From positions 1 through 33,941 of the forward strand of contig JAOADB010000007.1 in the NCBI GenBank assembly GCA_026417535.1: 33,941 nt of DNA, in the 5' to 3' direction. Positions within the stretch are counted from its first letter, which is position 1. Every line of letters starts with the position of its first letter. The DNA comes from Caldilineales bacterium (lineage in GTDB: Bacteria; Chloroflexota; Anaerolineae; J102). Of this stretch, positions 26,525 to 33,941 are shown one piece after another. The translations under genes and the position numbers were made by a program. Under the pieces are notes generated by a model. The model did not search any database, had not been told where the DNA came from, and saw nothing but the letters and a program-made list of their open reading frames with translations.

Positions 26525-26790
26525 CGGGGCCGACCGCGTGGGGCGTTTCCTCGCGGTTGTCGGCGCCATGCGATGGGGGTACCGGCGGCGCGGCGCGTGC
26601 CTGGCGAAGGGGATCGCCACGCGACGCATTAGGGGCGGCCGGGCGGCGGAGCCGCCCGGCCGCCCCCTATTACCGCGCGTTCGGCCAAAATCCATGTCCG
26701 GCGCCTCACTTCGCCGGAACCCGCCCCGCAAGCCGCGCGCCATCGCGGCCGCACCCACCGCGCGAAACGCCCAGCCGCGGCCGTTGGCCG
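26525..26790. repeat. Long imperfect palindromic element, copy 2 (perfect 15-bp core arms at 26632-26666)
   Basis: GGGGCGGCCGGGCGG-CGGAG-CCGCCCGGCCGCCCC; outer arms GGGCGTTTC..CGCGGT / ACCGCGCGAAACGCCC pair imperfectly. Limits are approximate. Confidence 0.8.
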
Positions 26791-26804
26791 CGTCGGGCCT
26801 GATC

Positions 26805-27305
26805 TCACTCCACCACCGCCGCCAGCGACTGGATGTGCATATCGTGCAGGCGGCTGCGGATGGTCTCCGCGGCCTTTTGCATCATCACATAGCCGAAATG
26901 ACAGTCCTCGGCGAAGGCCTTCAACAGCCCGGCGGCGTCGAACACCACGACTCGGCACGGCGTCAGCGCCTTGGCCCCGGCCGTGGCCGTGTGCGGCGGC
27001 ACCAGCGCCGACCAGCCGAACACCTCGCCCGGCCCCACCGTGCTGACCACCACATCCCGCGTCTTCAGCACACCGGTCAGCTGGCCCGAGACCGGCTGCT
27101 CGACCCGCGTATCGGGCAGCTCGATGATCACGCCCACGTTGCCCTGCACCAGCAGGTAAAACCGGTCCAGTCGCTCGCCTTCGTGGAAAAAGACATGGCC
27201 GGCCTCGACCGTCTCCTCTTCGGCCAGCCCGGCCAGGGTGACGATATTCTCATAGCTCAGCCCGGCAAAAAAGGCGTAGCGCCGCAACAGCTCGGGTGAA
27301 ACCAT
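26805..27305 (-). CDS. Stand-alone cyclic-nucleotide-binding (Crp-like sensor) domain protein, 166 aa
   Basis: MVSPELLRRYAFFAGL after a GAGGAG RBS; FFHEGE, YLLVQG.V, VGPGEVFGWSALV; no HTH. Confidence 0.87.
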   Translation of the reverse strand: MVSPELLRRYAFFAGLSYENIVTLAGLAEEETVEAGHVFFHEGERLDRFYLLVQGNVGVIIELPDTRVEQPVSGQLTGVLKTRDVVVSTVGPGEVFGWSALVPPHTATAGAKALTPCRVVVFDAAGLLKAFAEDCHFGYVMMQKAAETIRSRLHDMHIQSLAAVVE

Positions 27306-27356
27306 AAACACAACTCCTCTCAAGCAACAGATGCGCAGAAGCCATGCGCTTCGGTC

Positions 27357-27427
27357 TTGCCACGAATTCCACGAATGACACGAAGGTTTTTTTCTCCTAT
27401 TCGTAAAATTCGTGCAATTCGTGGCAA
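27357..27427. repeat. CACGAATNN nonamer inverted-tandem repeat
   Basis: TTGC CACGAATTC CACGAATGA CACGAA ... TTCGTAAAA TTCGTGCAA TTCGTGGCAA. Confidence 0.88.
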
Positions 27428-27433
27428 AAACGC

Positions 27434-27946
27434 TCACTGTGCAACGCCTGGTCCCTGCCACTGCGTCTCGGCGGCGCCTCGCAGCTCGGCCAGGACGGCG
27501 GCCGCGGCTTGGGGCACGGCGGCCAGCACGGCCGGCGTGGGTGTCTCGCCGAAATCGGTCACGTTGCTCACGGCCACGGCGATGATGACGATGTCCTCCG
27601 GCAGCTTCAGCCCCAGGCGACGGCCCGCAGCCAGCGCCGTGGGCAGGGTGGCGTCGTGGGCCGAGGCGAGATGCTGCGGCGGCCGGATCGCCTCCAGGTC
27701 GGCGAGGGTCAGCCGCCGCACCGCACCCGGCGGCAGCTCTGCGTCGGTCCAGGCGTCGATCAGGATGGCCCGGTCGCAGCCGACCATCAGCTCCATCAGC
27801 CGCAGGCCGCCCACGCCGGCTTCGACAACCTCGACGTTGGGCACGGGATGCGCGGCCAGGGCGTCCTGCACCGCCCGCGCCGTGAGCACGCCGACGCCGT
27901 CGTCGGTGAGCAGCGGATTGCCCAAGCCGATCACCAGGGTCGCCAT
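27434..27946 (-). CDS. Hydrogenase maturation endopeptidase
   Basis: VIGLGNPLLTDDGVG, ILIDA and SAH motifs. Confidence 0.95.
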   Translation of the reverse strand: MATLVIGLGNPLLTDDGVGVLTARAVQDALAAHPVPNVEVVEAGVGGLRLMELMVGCDRAILIDAWTDAELPPGAVRRLTLADLEAIRPPQHLASAHDATLPTALAAGRRLGLKLPEDIVIIAVAVSNVTDFGETPTPAVLAAVPQAAAAVLAELRGAAETQWQGPGVAQ

Positions 27947-27961
27947 AGTCGTCTCGGCGCC

Positions 27962-29446
27962 TCAGCGGCGCAAATGGGCCACCACCCGACCCTCGGCATC
28001 GCGCACCGTCACCTCCAGCGGCATCTGGCCGGGCAGCGAGTGGGTGGCGCACGACATGCAGGGGTCGTAGTTGCGGAAGGCCATCTCGATCCGGTTCAGC
28101 AGACCGTCGGTGATGACCGTGCCGTTGCGGATGAGCGACTGCGCCGCCTTCTTGACGGACATGGCCATGGCCGCGTAGTTGTTCGTAGTGCCGACGATCA
28201 GGTTCACCTTGGTCAGGATCCCCCTGGCGTCGGTGCGGTAGTGGTGCGTCAGCGTCCCGCGCGGGGCCTCGACGCAGCCGATGCCCTCGTCCGGCGTCGT
28301 GTTCACCACCGGCCGCACGTCGGGATCGAGGACGTCGGGGTCCATGGCCAGCTCCAGCATCCGCTCGGCCGCAAACAGCAGCTCGATCAGCCGCGCCCAA
28401 TGGGTGGCCAGCCGGTAGTGCACGGGCTGATAGCGGCCGTTGGGCAGGCGCTTGCTGCCCAGGGTCTCGTAGAAGGCCTCGAAGGCCTCCTGCGCCCGCG
28501 GGGTGGCCATGCGGTCCGACACGTTGAGCCGGGCCAGGGGCGTGGCGCAATAGACGCCGCTGTCGGGCCCGTCCACAAAGCCCTTCCAGCCCACCTGCTT
28601 GAGGTAGGGGAACTTGAGGTAGGTCCACGGCTCTACCCGCTCGGCCACGTGTTGGGCGTAGTCGCGGGGATGATACTTGACCAGCTCGCGGCCATCCGGG
28701 TCCACGACGCGGATCATCCCGTCGTAGAAGTTCACGCAGTTGTTGGCGTCCACCATGCCCATCGAGTAGGTGCGATGGGTGTAGGCGTCGGAGAGGATCA
28801 TCTCCACGTAGGCCGGGTTGCTCAGCACCACGTCCTTGAAGAGCTGCAGGCTGAAGAGGGCGAAGTCCACGTTTTGGCGGGCGATGGCCTCGATCTCGGC
28901 TCGCTCGGCGTCGGTGAGGGCACGGCTCCAGCCGCCCGGCAGCCCGGCCACGGGGTGCACCTTGCGGCCGCCCATGAGCTGGATGACGTGGTGGTTGCGC
29001 GCACGCATGGCAATGACCTGGCGGCCGATCTCTACGCCCACCTTGTGGATGACGCCCAGGATGTTGCGCTCGGCCTTGGGCGCGTCCGGCCCCACCACGA
29101 AATCGGGGCCGCCCAGGGCGTAGAAGTGGGTGGTGTGGTCGGCGCAGTAGAAGGCCATGTAGAACAGCTCGCGCAGCTTTTTCACGGCCGGCGACGGCTC
29201 CACGTGGTAGAGCATATCCAGCGCCTTGGTGGCGGCCATGTGGTGCGCCTCCGGGCACACGCCGCAGATGCGGTTGGTGATGTTGGGCATCTCCTCGGCC
29301 GGCCGTCCTACGCAGAACTGCTCGAACCCGCGCAGCTCCGGGATCTGGAAGTAGGCATTGGCCACGTTGCCCTGTTCGTCCAGGAAAATCTCGATTTTAC
29401 CGTGGCCCTCGAGACGGGTGATGGGGTCTATGCTGATCCGTTTCAT
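27962..29446 (-). CDS. mvhA: [NiFe]-hydrogenase large subunit, group 3c (Mvh)
   Basis: ITRLEGHGKI, L1 RICGVCPEAH, EAPRG and L2 DPCMSCATH followed by a cleavable tail; hdr/mvhD context. Confidence 0.93.
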   Translation of the reverse strand: MKRISIDPITRLEGHGKIEIFLDEQGNVANAYFQIPELRGFEQFCVGRPAEEMPNITNRICGVCPEAHHMAATKALDMLYHVEPSPAVKKLRELFYMAFYCADHTTHFYALGGPDFVVGPDAPKAERNILGVIHKVGVEIGRQVIAMRARNHHVIQLMGGRKVHPVAGLPGGWSRALTDAERAEIEAIARQNVDFALFSLQLFKDVVLSNPAYVEMILSDAYTHRTYSMGMVDANNCVNFYDGMIRVVDPDGRELVKYHPRDYAQHVAERVEPWTYLKFPYLKQVGWKGFVDGPDSGVYCATPLARLNVSDRMATPRAQEAFEAFYETLGSKRLPNGRYQPVHYRLATHWARLIELLFAAERMLELAMDPDVLDPDVRPVVNTTPDEGIGCVEAPRGTLTHHYRTDARGILTKVNLIVGTTNNYAAMAMSVKKAAQSLIRNGTVITDGLLNRIEMAFRNYDPCMSCATHSLPGQMPLEVTVRDAEGRVVAHLRR

Positions 29447-29455
29447 GGGAGCGCT

Positions 29456-29532
29456 CCGTTACCGGTGATCGGTGACCGCCTACCAGTAACCAGTAACCAG
29501 TAACCAGTTACCAGTAACTAACTACTGGTTAT
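29456..29532. repeat. CAGTAAC heptamer tandem repeat between mvhG and mvhA
   Basis: CAGTAAC x3, CAGTTAC, CAGTAAC (29484-29518), with degenerate CGGTGAY units upstream. Confidence 0.88.
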
Positions 29533-30544
29533 CGGCCACCCTGGCTCGATGCAGCAGCGAGTGCGCCATGCTGAAGTAGTAGAACAGCCCGGCCGGGTCC
29601 GGAATGGTGCTGACGGCGTCTTGGACCCGTCGCGCCAGCTCCTCCTCGTTGTCGCCCGGCTTGCCGGTCACGTCAATCACCGAGGCCAGGGCGGTGAGGA
29701 TCCGAGCGCCCTGGTCTACCACGCCGGGCAGAGGGCCATAGCAGCCGCGGCAGCCCATGCCCACCCGCGGGCACAACGCGCCGCATCCGCACACCGTGGC
29801 CGGCCCTAGGCACACCAGCCCCTGCTCCAGCAGGCACAGGCCCGGCTTGGGCACGATTTCATACGGCCGGTAGAAGCGGGGGATGGTCTTCTCGTGCCGC
29901 GCCAGCGGGCACTCCTCGCATACGGCCACCTGGCCGGCGCCCAGGATCGTCCCCTTGGGCGGCAGAGGCGCGCCCTCCGTCAGCGCCGCCACCACGGTCT
30001 GCAACACCGCCCAGATCTGGTGCGACTCCGGCGGGCAGCCGGGCACGTAGTAGTCCACGTCCACCACCTGGTCCAGGGTTTTGACCGTGTGGTAAAAGGC
30101 CGGCAGCGTCAGCTCCCCTTCGGGTGCAGGCGTGGTCGTCTGCGGCAACACGCCGCTGGGGTTGTCCAGCGAAGGGTTGTCGAGATAGACCGTGCGTAGG
30201 ACGGCCTGCCGCGAGGTCAGGTTGGCCAGGGCCGGGATGCACCCCTCGTAAGCGCACGAGCCGAAGGCCACCAGGATTTTCGACTTGCGCCGCAGCAGGT
30301 GGGCCATGTGCTCGTTCTCCGACGAGCGGATGGCGCCGTTGAACAGACAGAGGTCAATGTAGCCGTCGGGATAGCCCTCGACGTCGCTCACCTTGAAGTC
30401 GGCGATACAAGGGAAGAAAGCCAGGTCGAAGACCTGGTCCACGGTCAGGATGTGCTCGCCGATGTTGAGGGTGGCGATCTCACAACCGCCGCATGAGGCG
30501 GCCCAGTACATGGCCAGCTTGGGTTTGGCGCCGTTGGTGCTCAT
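29522..30544 (-). CDS. mvhG: [NiFe]-hydrogenase small subunit
   Basis: SCGGCE, GSCAYEG, PGCPP, VCEEC, CLLEQG..CLGP and GCRGC motifs. Confidence 0.93.
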   Translation of the reverse strand: MSTNGAKPKLAMYWAASCGGCEIATLNIGEHILTVDQVFDLAFFPCIADFKVSDVEGYPDGYIDLCLFNGAIRSSENEHMAHLLRRKSKILVAFGSCAYEGCIPALANLTSRQAVLRTVYLDNPSLDNPSGVLPQTTTPAPEGELTLPAFYHTVKTLDQVVDVDYYVPGCPPESHQIWAVLQTVVAALTEGAPLPPKGTILGAGQVAVCEECPLARHEKTIPRFYRPYEIVPKPGLCLLEQGLVCLGPATVCGCGALCPRVGMGCRGCYGPLPGVVDQGARILTALASVIDVTGKPGDNEEELARRVQDAVSTIPDPAGLFYYFSMAHSLLHRARVADNQ

Positions 30545-31059
30545 GGCTTCGCCTCCTCAGGAACGACGGGAGCGGTCTCGGCGGCGGCCGCCGGGCCGTG
30601 GCCGTTGCGTGAGGCCGCGGGCTCGGCGCCGTCCGCAGCGATGGCCGGCCAGTTCAGCGGTCCCAGGCGGCGGACATCTTCCACCATGCGGGTCACCTCC
30701 TCGGCAAAGCGGGCGCCTTCGGCCGCGCTGGCCCACACCAGCCGCACCCGCTCCGGTTCGATGCCCATCTGCGTCAGCATGGCCCGCAGCAGGTAGTAGC
30801 GCCGCATGGCCTTGTAGTTCTGCTCCAGATAGTGGCACTCGCCCGGATGGCAGCCCGTGATCAGCACGCCGTCGGCGCCGTTGGCCAGCGCCTTGAGCAC
30901 GAAGGTCGGGTCCAGCCGGCCAGAGCACATCAGCCGGATCAGCCGCACGTTGGGCGGATATTTCATCCGCGAGGTGCCGGCCAGGTCGGCCGCGCGGTAG
31001 CTGCACCAGTTGCAGGTAAAGCCGATGATCAACGGCTCAAAGCGTTCGCTCTCGCTCAT
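30541..31059 (-). CDS. mvhD: Hydrogenase [2Fe-2S] subunit MvhD
   Basis: CNWCSYRAADLAG, MCSGR, GADGV...GCHPGECHY and WASAAEG motifs; AGGAGG RBS. Confidence 0.95.
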   Translation of the reverse strand: MSESERFEPLIIGFTCNWCSYRAADLAGTSRMKYPPNVRLIRLMCSGRLDPTFVLKALANGADGVLITGCHPGECHYLEQNYKAMRRYYLLRAMLTQMGIEPERVRLVWASAAEGARFAEEVTRMVEDVRRLGPLNWPAIAADGAEPAASRNGHGPAAAAETAPVVPEEAKP

Positions 31060-31072
31060 CGTTGACCTCCTT

Positions 31073-33139
31073 TTAGGACAGCGCCGGCTCCAGCATCCGC
31101 ACGGCCGCACCCCTGGGCGCGCCGCTGAAATCGAGCATCAGCAAGCCCTCGATCTGGGCGAAGACCTGCTCGTTGCTGAACTGCGTGCCGGTGATGGCGC
31201 CCGCCGGACAAGCCGCCACGCAGGTGCCGCAGCCTTGACACAGGGCCGGGTTGATCTCGGTCACGCCCAGGTCCTCGCGGAAGCTGATGGCGTTGAAGGG
31301 GCAGAGGTTGTTGCAGATGCGGCAGCCGGAGCAGCGTTCGGCGATGACGCTGGCCCGCACCGGCTCCAGCGCCAGATGGCCCTGGTGGATGCGGCCGATG
31401 ACCCGGGCCGCCGCGGCCGCGCCCTGGGCTACCGTGGCGGGGATGTCCTTGGGCCCCTGCGCGCAGCCGGCAATGAAGATGCCTTCGGTCATGGTCGCCA
31501 CCGGGTCCAGCTTGGGATGCTTTTCGATGAACCAGCCGTTGGCGCTGCAGGCGATGCCGAACTTGTGGGCCACCTCCTGGGCGTCGCGCCGCGGCTCCAG
31601 CGCGGCCGAGAGGATCACCATGTCCACCGGGATGCGGCGCTGGCGGCCGATGAGGGTGTCCTCCACCTGGACGATGATCTTGCCCTCTTCGCCGGGATGG
31701 CGGGCTGCGTCGGTCACCTCGGCCACCCGTCCGCGCACGAAGTGCACCCCTTCGGCCAGGACCTTCTGATAGAACTCGTCGTAGTCCTTGAAGGGCGTGC
31801 GCATGTCAATGTAGAAGTTGTACACCTCGGCCCCGGTGCGCTCCTTGACCAGATGGGCGAACTTCAGGCTTTGCATGCAGCAGATGACCGAGCAGTAGCT
31901 GTTGTACTTGCTGTCGCGGCTGCCCACGCAGTGGATGATGCCCACGGTCTTGGGCTTGGTCACGCCGTCCCGCAGCACCACCTCGCCGCCCGTCGGCCCG
32001 GCCGCGTTGCACAGCCGCTCGAACTCCAGGCTGGTGTAGACGTTGGCCAGCCGGCCATAGCCGTACTGCGGGATGCGCCGGCAGTCGAACAGCTCGTAGC
32101 CTGTGGCCAGGATGATGTTGCCCACCTCCACCTGGATGATCTCGTCCTTCTGCTCGAAGTTGATGGACTTGGGCTGGGTGGGGCAGAAAATCTGGCAGGC
32201 CTTGCACTTGCCCCGCTGGAAGTAGGTGCAGTGCTCGGTGTCAATCACCGGGTACTTGGGCACCGCCTGCGGGAAGGAGCGGTAGACAGCCTTACGATAG
32301 CCCAGGCCGGCCTCGAAGACCTCGTCCACCACCCGCACCGGGCACTTCTCGATGCACAGCCCGCAGCCGGTGCAGGTCTCGGCGTTGACATAGCGGGCCT
32401 TCTTGCGGATGGTCACCAGGAAGCTGCCCACGTAGCCGTCCACCCGTTCCACCTCGCTGTAGGTAAGGAGGGTGATGTTGGGATGGCTGCCCACGGCCAC
32501 CATCTTGGGCGTCAGGATACAGGCGGCGCAGTCCAGGGTGGGGAAGGTCTTGTCGAACTGGGCCATGTGGCCGCCGATGGACGGCTCCCGCTCGACCAGG
32601 ATGACAGGATAGCCGCTGTCGGCGATCTCCAGCGCGGCCTGGATGCCGGCGATGCCGCCGCCCACCACCAGCGTCGTGGGGTTGATGGGCACGATCAGCG
32701 GCTCCAACGGCTCGTGCCAGGCCACTCGCTCGACCCCGCCGGCGATCAGGGCCTTGGCCTTGGCCGTGGCCAGGTCGCGGTCGGTGTGCACCCACGAGAC
32801 CTGCTCGCGGATGGAGACCATCTCGCACAGGTAGGGGTTGAGGCCGGCGCGCTGGCAGGCGGTGCGGAAGGTGGCCTCGTGCAGGTGGGGCGAACAGGCC
32901 GCCACCACCACCCGCGTCAGCCCCTGCTCCTTGATGTCGGCCTCGATCAGCTCCTGGCCCAGGTTCGAGCACATGAACTGGTAATCGCGGGCGATGACCA
33001 CCCCGTCCTCGGCCAGCTCGCGGCCCGCCCATTGGGCCACGTCCTTCACGTCAACCACACCGGCGATGTTGCTGCCGCAGTGACACACGTACACGCCGAT
33101 GCGCTCTTGCGATTTGGGAGATGAAGGCGCCGTGCTCAT
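31073..33139 (-). CDS. hdrA: Heterodisulfide reductase subunit A (FAD, Fe-S)
   Basis: GVYVCHCGSNIAG, ACSP..HE.TF, GGGIAG, DKTFPTLDC, HCVGSRD, YCS.ICC motifs and a C-terminal 2x[4Fe-4S] domain. Confidence 0.96.
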   Translation of the reverse strand: MSTAPSSPKSQERIGVYVCHCGSNIAGVVDVKDVAQWAGRELAEDGVVIARDYQFMCSNLGQELIEADIKEQGLTRVVVAACSPHLHEATFRTACQRAGLNPYLCEMVSIREQVSWVHTDRDLATAKAKALIAGGVERVAWHEPLEPLIVPINPTTLVVGGGIAGIQAALEIADSGYPVILVEREPSIGGHMAQFDKTFPTLDCAACILTPKMVAVGSHPNITLLTYSEVERVDGYVGSFLVTIRKKARYVNAETCTGCGLCIEKCPVRVVDEVFEAGLGYRKAVYRSFPQAVPKYPVIDTEHCTYFQRGKCKACQIFCPTQPKSINFEQKDEIIQVEVGNIILATGYELFDCRRIPQYGYGRLANVYTSLEFERLCNAAGPTGGEVVLRDGVTKPKTVGIIHCVGSRDSKYNSYCSVICCMQSLKFAHLVKERTGAEVYNFYIDMRTPFKDYDEFYQKVLAEGVHFVRGRVAEVTDAARHPGEEGKIIVQVEDTLIGRQRRIPVDMVILSAALEPRRDAQEVAHKFGIACSANGWFIEKHPKLDPVATMTEGIFIAGCAQGPKDIPATVAQGAAAAARVIGRIHQGHLALEPVRASVIAERCSGCRICNNLCPFNAISFREDLGVTEINPALCQGCGTCVAACPAGAITGTQFSNEQVFAQIEGLLMLDFSGAPRGAAVRMLEPALS

Positions 33140-33157
33140 AGGGTTCCTCCGTGGGGG

Positions 33158-33922
33158 TTAGCGCTCTGCGGGCATGGCCGGCATGGGCAGCGCCTCTTTG
33201 GGTGGGCGCTCCTTTTTCTCCGGCGGCGGCGGCTCGGCGCCGATCTTAGCCAGCGCCGGCCCGGCGTCCACGAACTCTTTGCCGAAGCCCAGGATTTCCG
33301 GCGGCAGCCCAAAGGCCAGGCCCATCAGCTGGGTGAAGTAGAGCACGGGGATGCGGTAGTCGGTGCCGAAGCGCCGGTTGACCTGCTCCTGGTAGCCGTC
33401 CAGGTTGAGCTGGCACATGGGACACAGGGTCACGATCATGTCGGCCCCGTAGTCGGCGGCGTTCTTGAGCAGGCGGCGGATCAGCTCCAGGGCCGTCTCC
33501 TCGCTGATCTGGGTCATGTGGCCGCCGCAGCAGTGGGTCTTGACCGGGAAGTCCACCACCTTGGCGCCCAGCACCCGCAGAAGGCGGTCGAGGCTGGTGG
33601 GGTATTCGGGATTATCGAAGGGCTGCTGCAACGTGGGCCGCACGATCAGACAGCCGTAGTAGGGTGCCACGCGCAGGTTGTACAGAGGCTTGACCACCTT
33701 GGCGGCCACGGCCTCGTAGCCTACGTCCTCGACGATGATGTGAAGCAGGTGCCGCACCTGCACACTGCCCGGCTTATAGTGCAAGCCGCCCGCAGCCAAT
33801 GCTTCGTTCACCAGTCGGGCCAGCCGGGGATCCTCGGCCATGTACTTGTCGGTCTTGGCTAGGTTCAGGAAGCAGGCGCTGCACGGCGCCACCAGCCGGG
33901 GCTTGCCGTTGAGCTGCTGTTG
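33158..33922 (-). CDS. hdrB: Heterodisulfide reductase subunit B (5'-truncated)
   Basis: PCSAC, YYGC...RP, CCGG and CPMCQ.NLD CCG-domain motifs; the 5' end is cut by the adapter. Confidence 0.92.
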   Translation of the reverse strand, partial: QQQLNGKPRLVAPCSACFLNLAKTDKYMAEDPRLARLVNEALAAGGLHYKPGSVQVRHLLHIIVEDVGYEAVAAKVVKPLYNLRVAPYYGCLIVRPTLQQPFDNPEYPTSLDRLLRVLGAKVVDFPVKTHCCGGHMTQISEETALELIRRLLKNAADYGADMIVTLCPMCQLNLDGYQEQVNRRFGTDYRIPVLYFTQLMGLAFGLPPEILGFGKEFVDAGPALAKIGAEPPPPEKKERPPKEALPMPAMPAER

Positions 33923-33941
33923 CTGTCTCTTATACACATCT
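33923..33941 (-). other. Tn5 mosaic end / Nextera adapter (library artefact)
   Basis: Exact CTGTCTCTTATACACATCT at the last 19 bases. Confidence 0.98.

Noticed and set aside
27306-29258. 817-aa ORF suggesting a large fusion ending in a cNMP domain
   Set aside because: The upstream part is an alternative frame over mvhA and the protease; the real gene starts at 27305 after its own RBS.
31010-33124. Long plus-strand ORFs (704 aa here; also 27509..29503, 9613..11118 and 4744..6075)
   Set aside because: Shadow ORFs antisense to well-supported genes in GC-rich DNA, with no recognisable motifs.

Overview
A GC-rich bacterial chromosomal fragment, most likely from Chloroflexota (inferred from the gene set, C-terminal LPxI/V motifs and the DUF5666/5667 protein), with Tn5/Nextera adapter sequence at both ends. 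From left to right it contains: (1) a minus-strand lipid/redox cluster (SCP2 lipid carrier, Fe-alcohol dehydrogenase, aldehyde:ferredoxin oxidoreductase, patatin, atypical SDR, and a truncated zinc-finger-led ORF); (2) a secreted double-PA14 protein; (3) type-2 IPP isomerase plus polyprenyl synthase; (4) an Rpn-family nuclease with a candidate internal antitoxin start; (5) secD-secF, a secreted FG-GAP/Ig-like protein, a sirtuin, a CDP-alcohol phosphatidyltransferase, an ECF sigma/anti-sigma pair and a beta-propeller protein; (6) ffh-rpsP-khpA-rimM, a LysM L,D-transpeptidase and a sugar epimerase; (7) a hdrB-hdrA-mvhD-mvhG-mvhA-protease-cNMP operon. Intergenic DNA is dense in structured repeats: several families of inverted short-tandem repeats, REP-like palindromes, and two long palindromic elements whose central loops are reverse complements of each other. 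Two secreted-protein genes share a candidate ECF promoter (GGAACy-N16-CGTCT). All calls come from reading motifs by eye; no database search was run.
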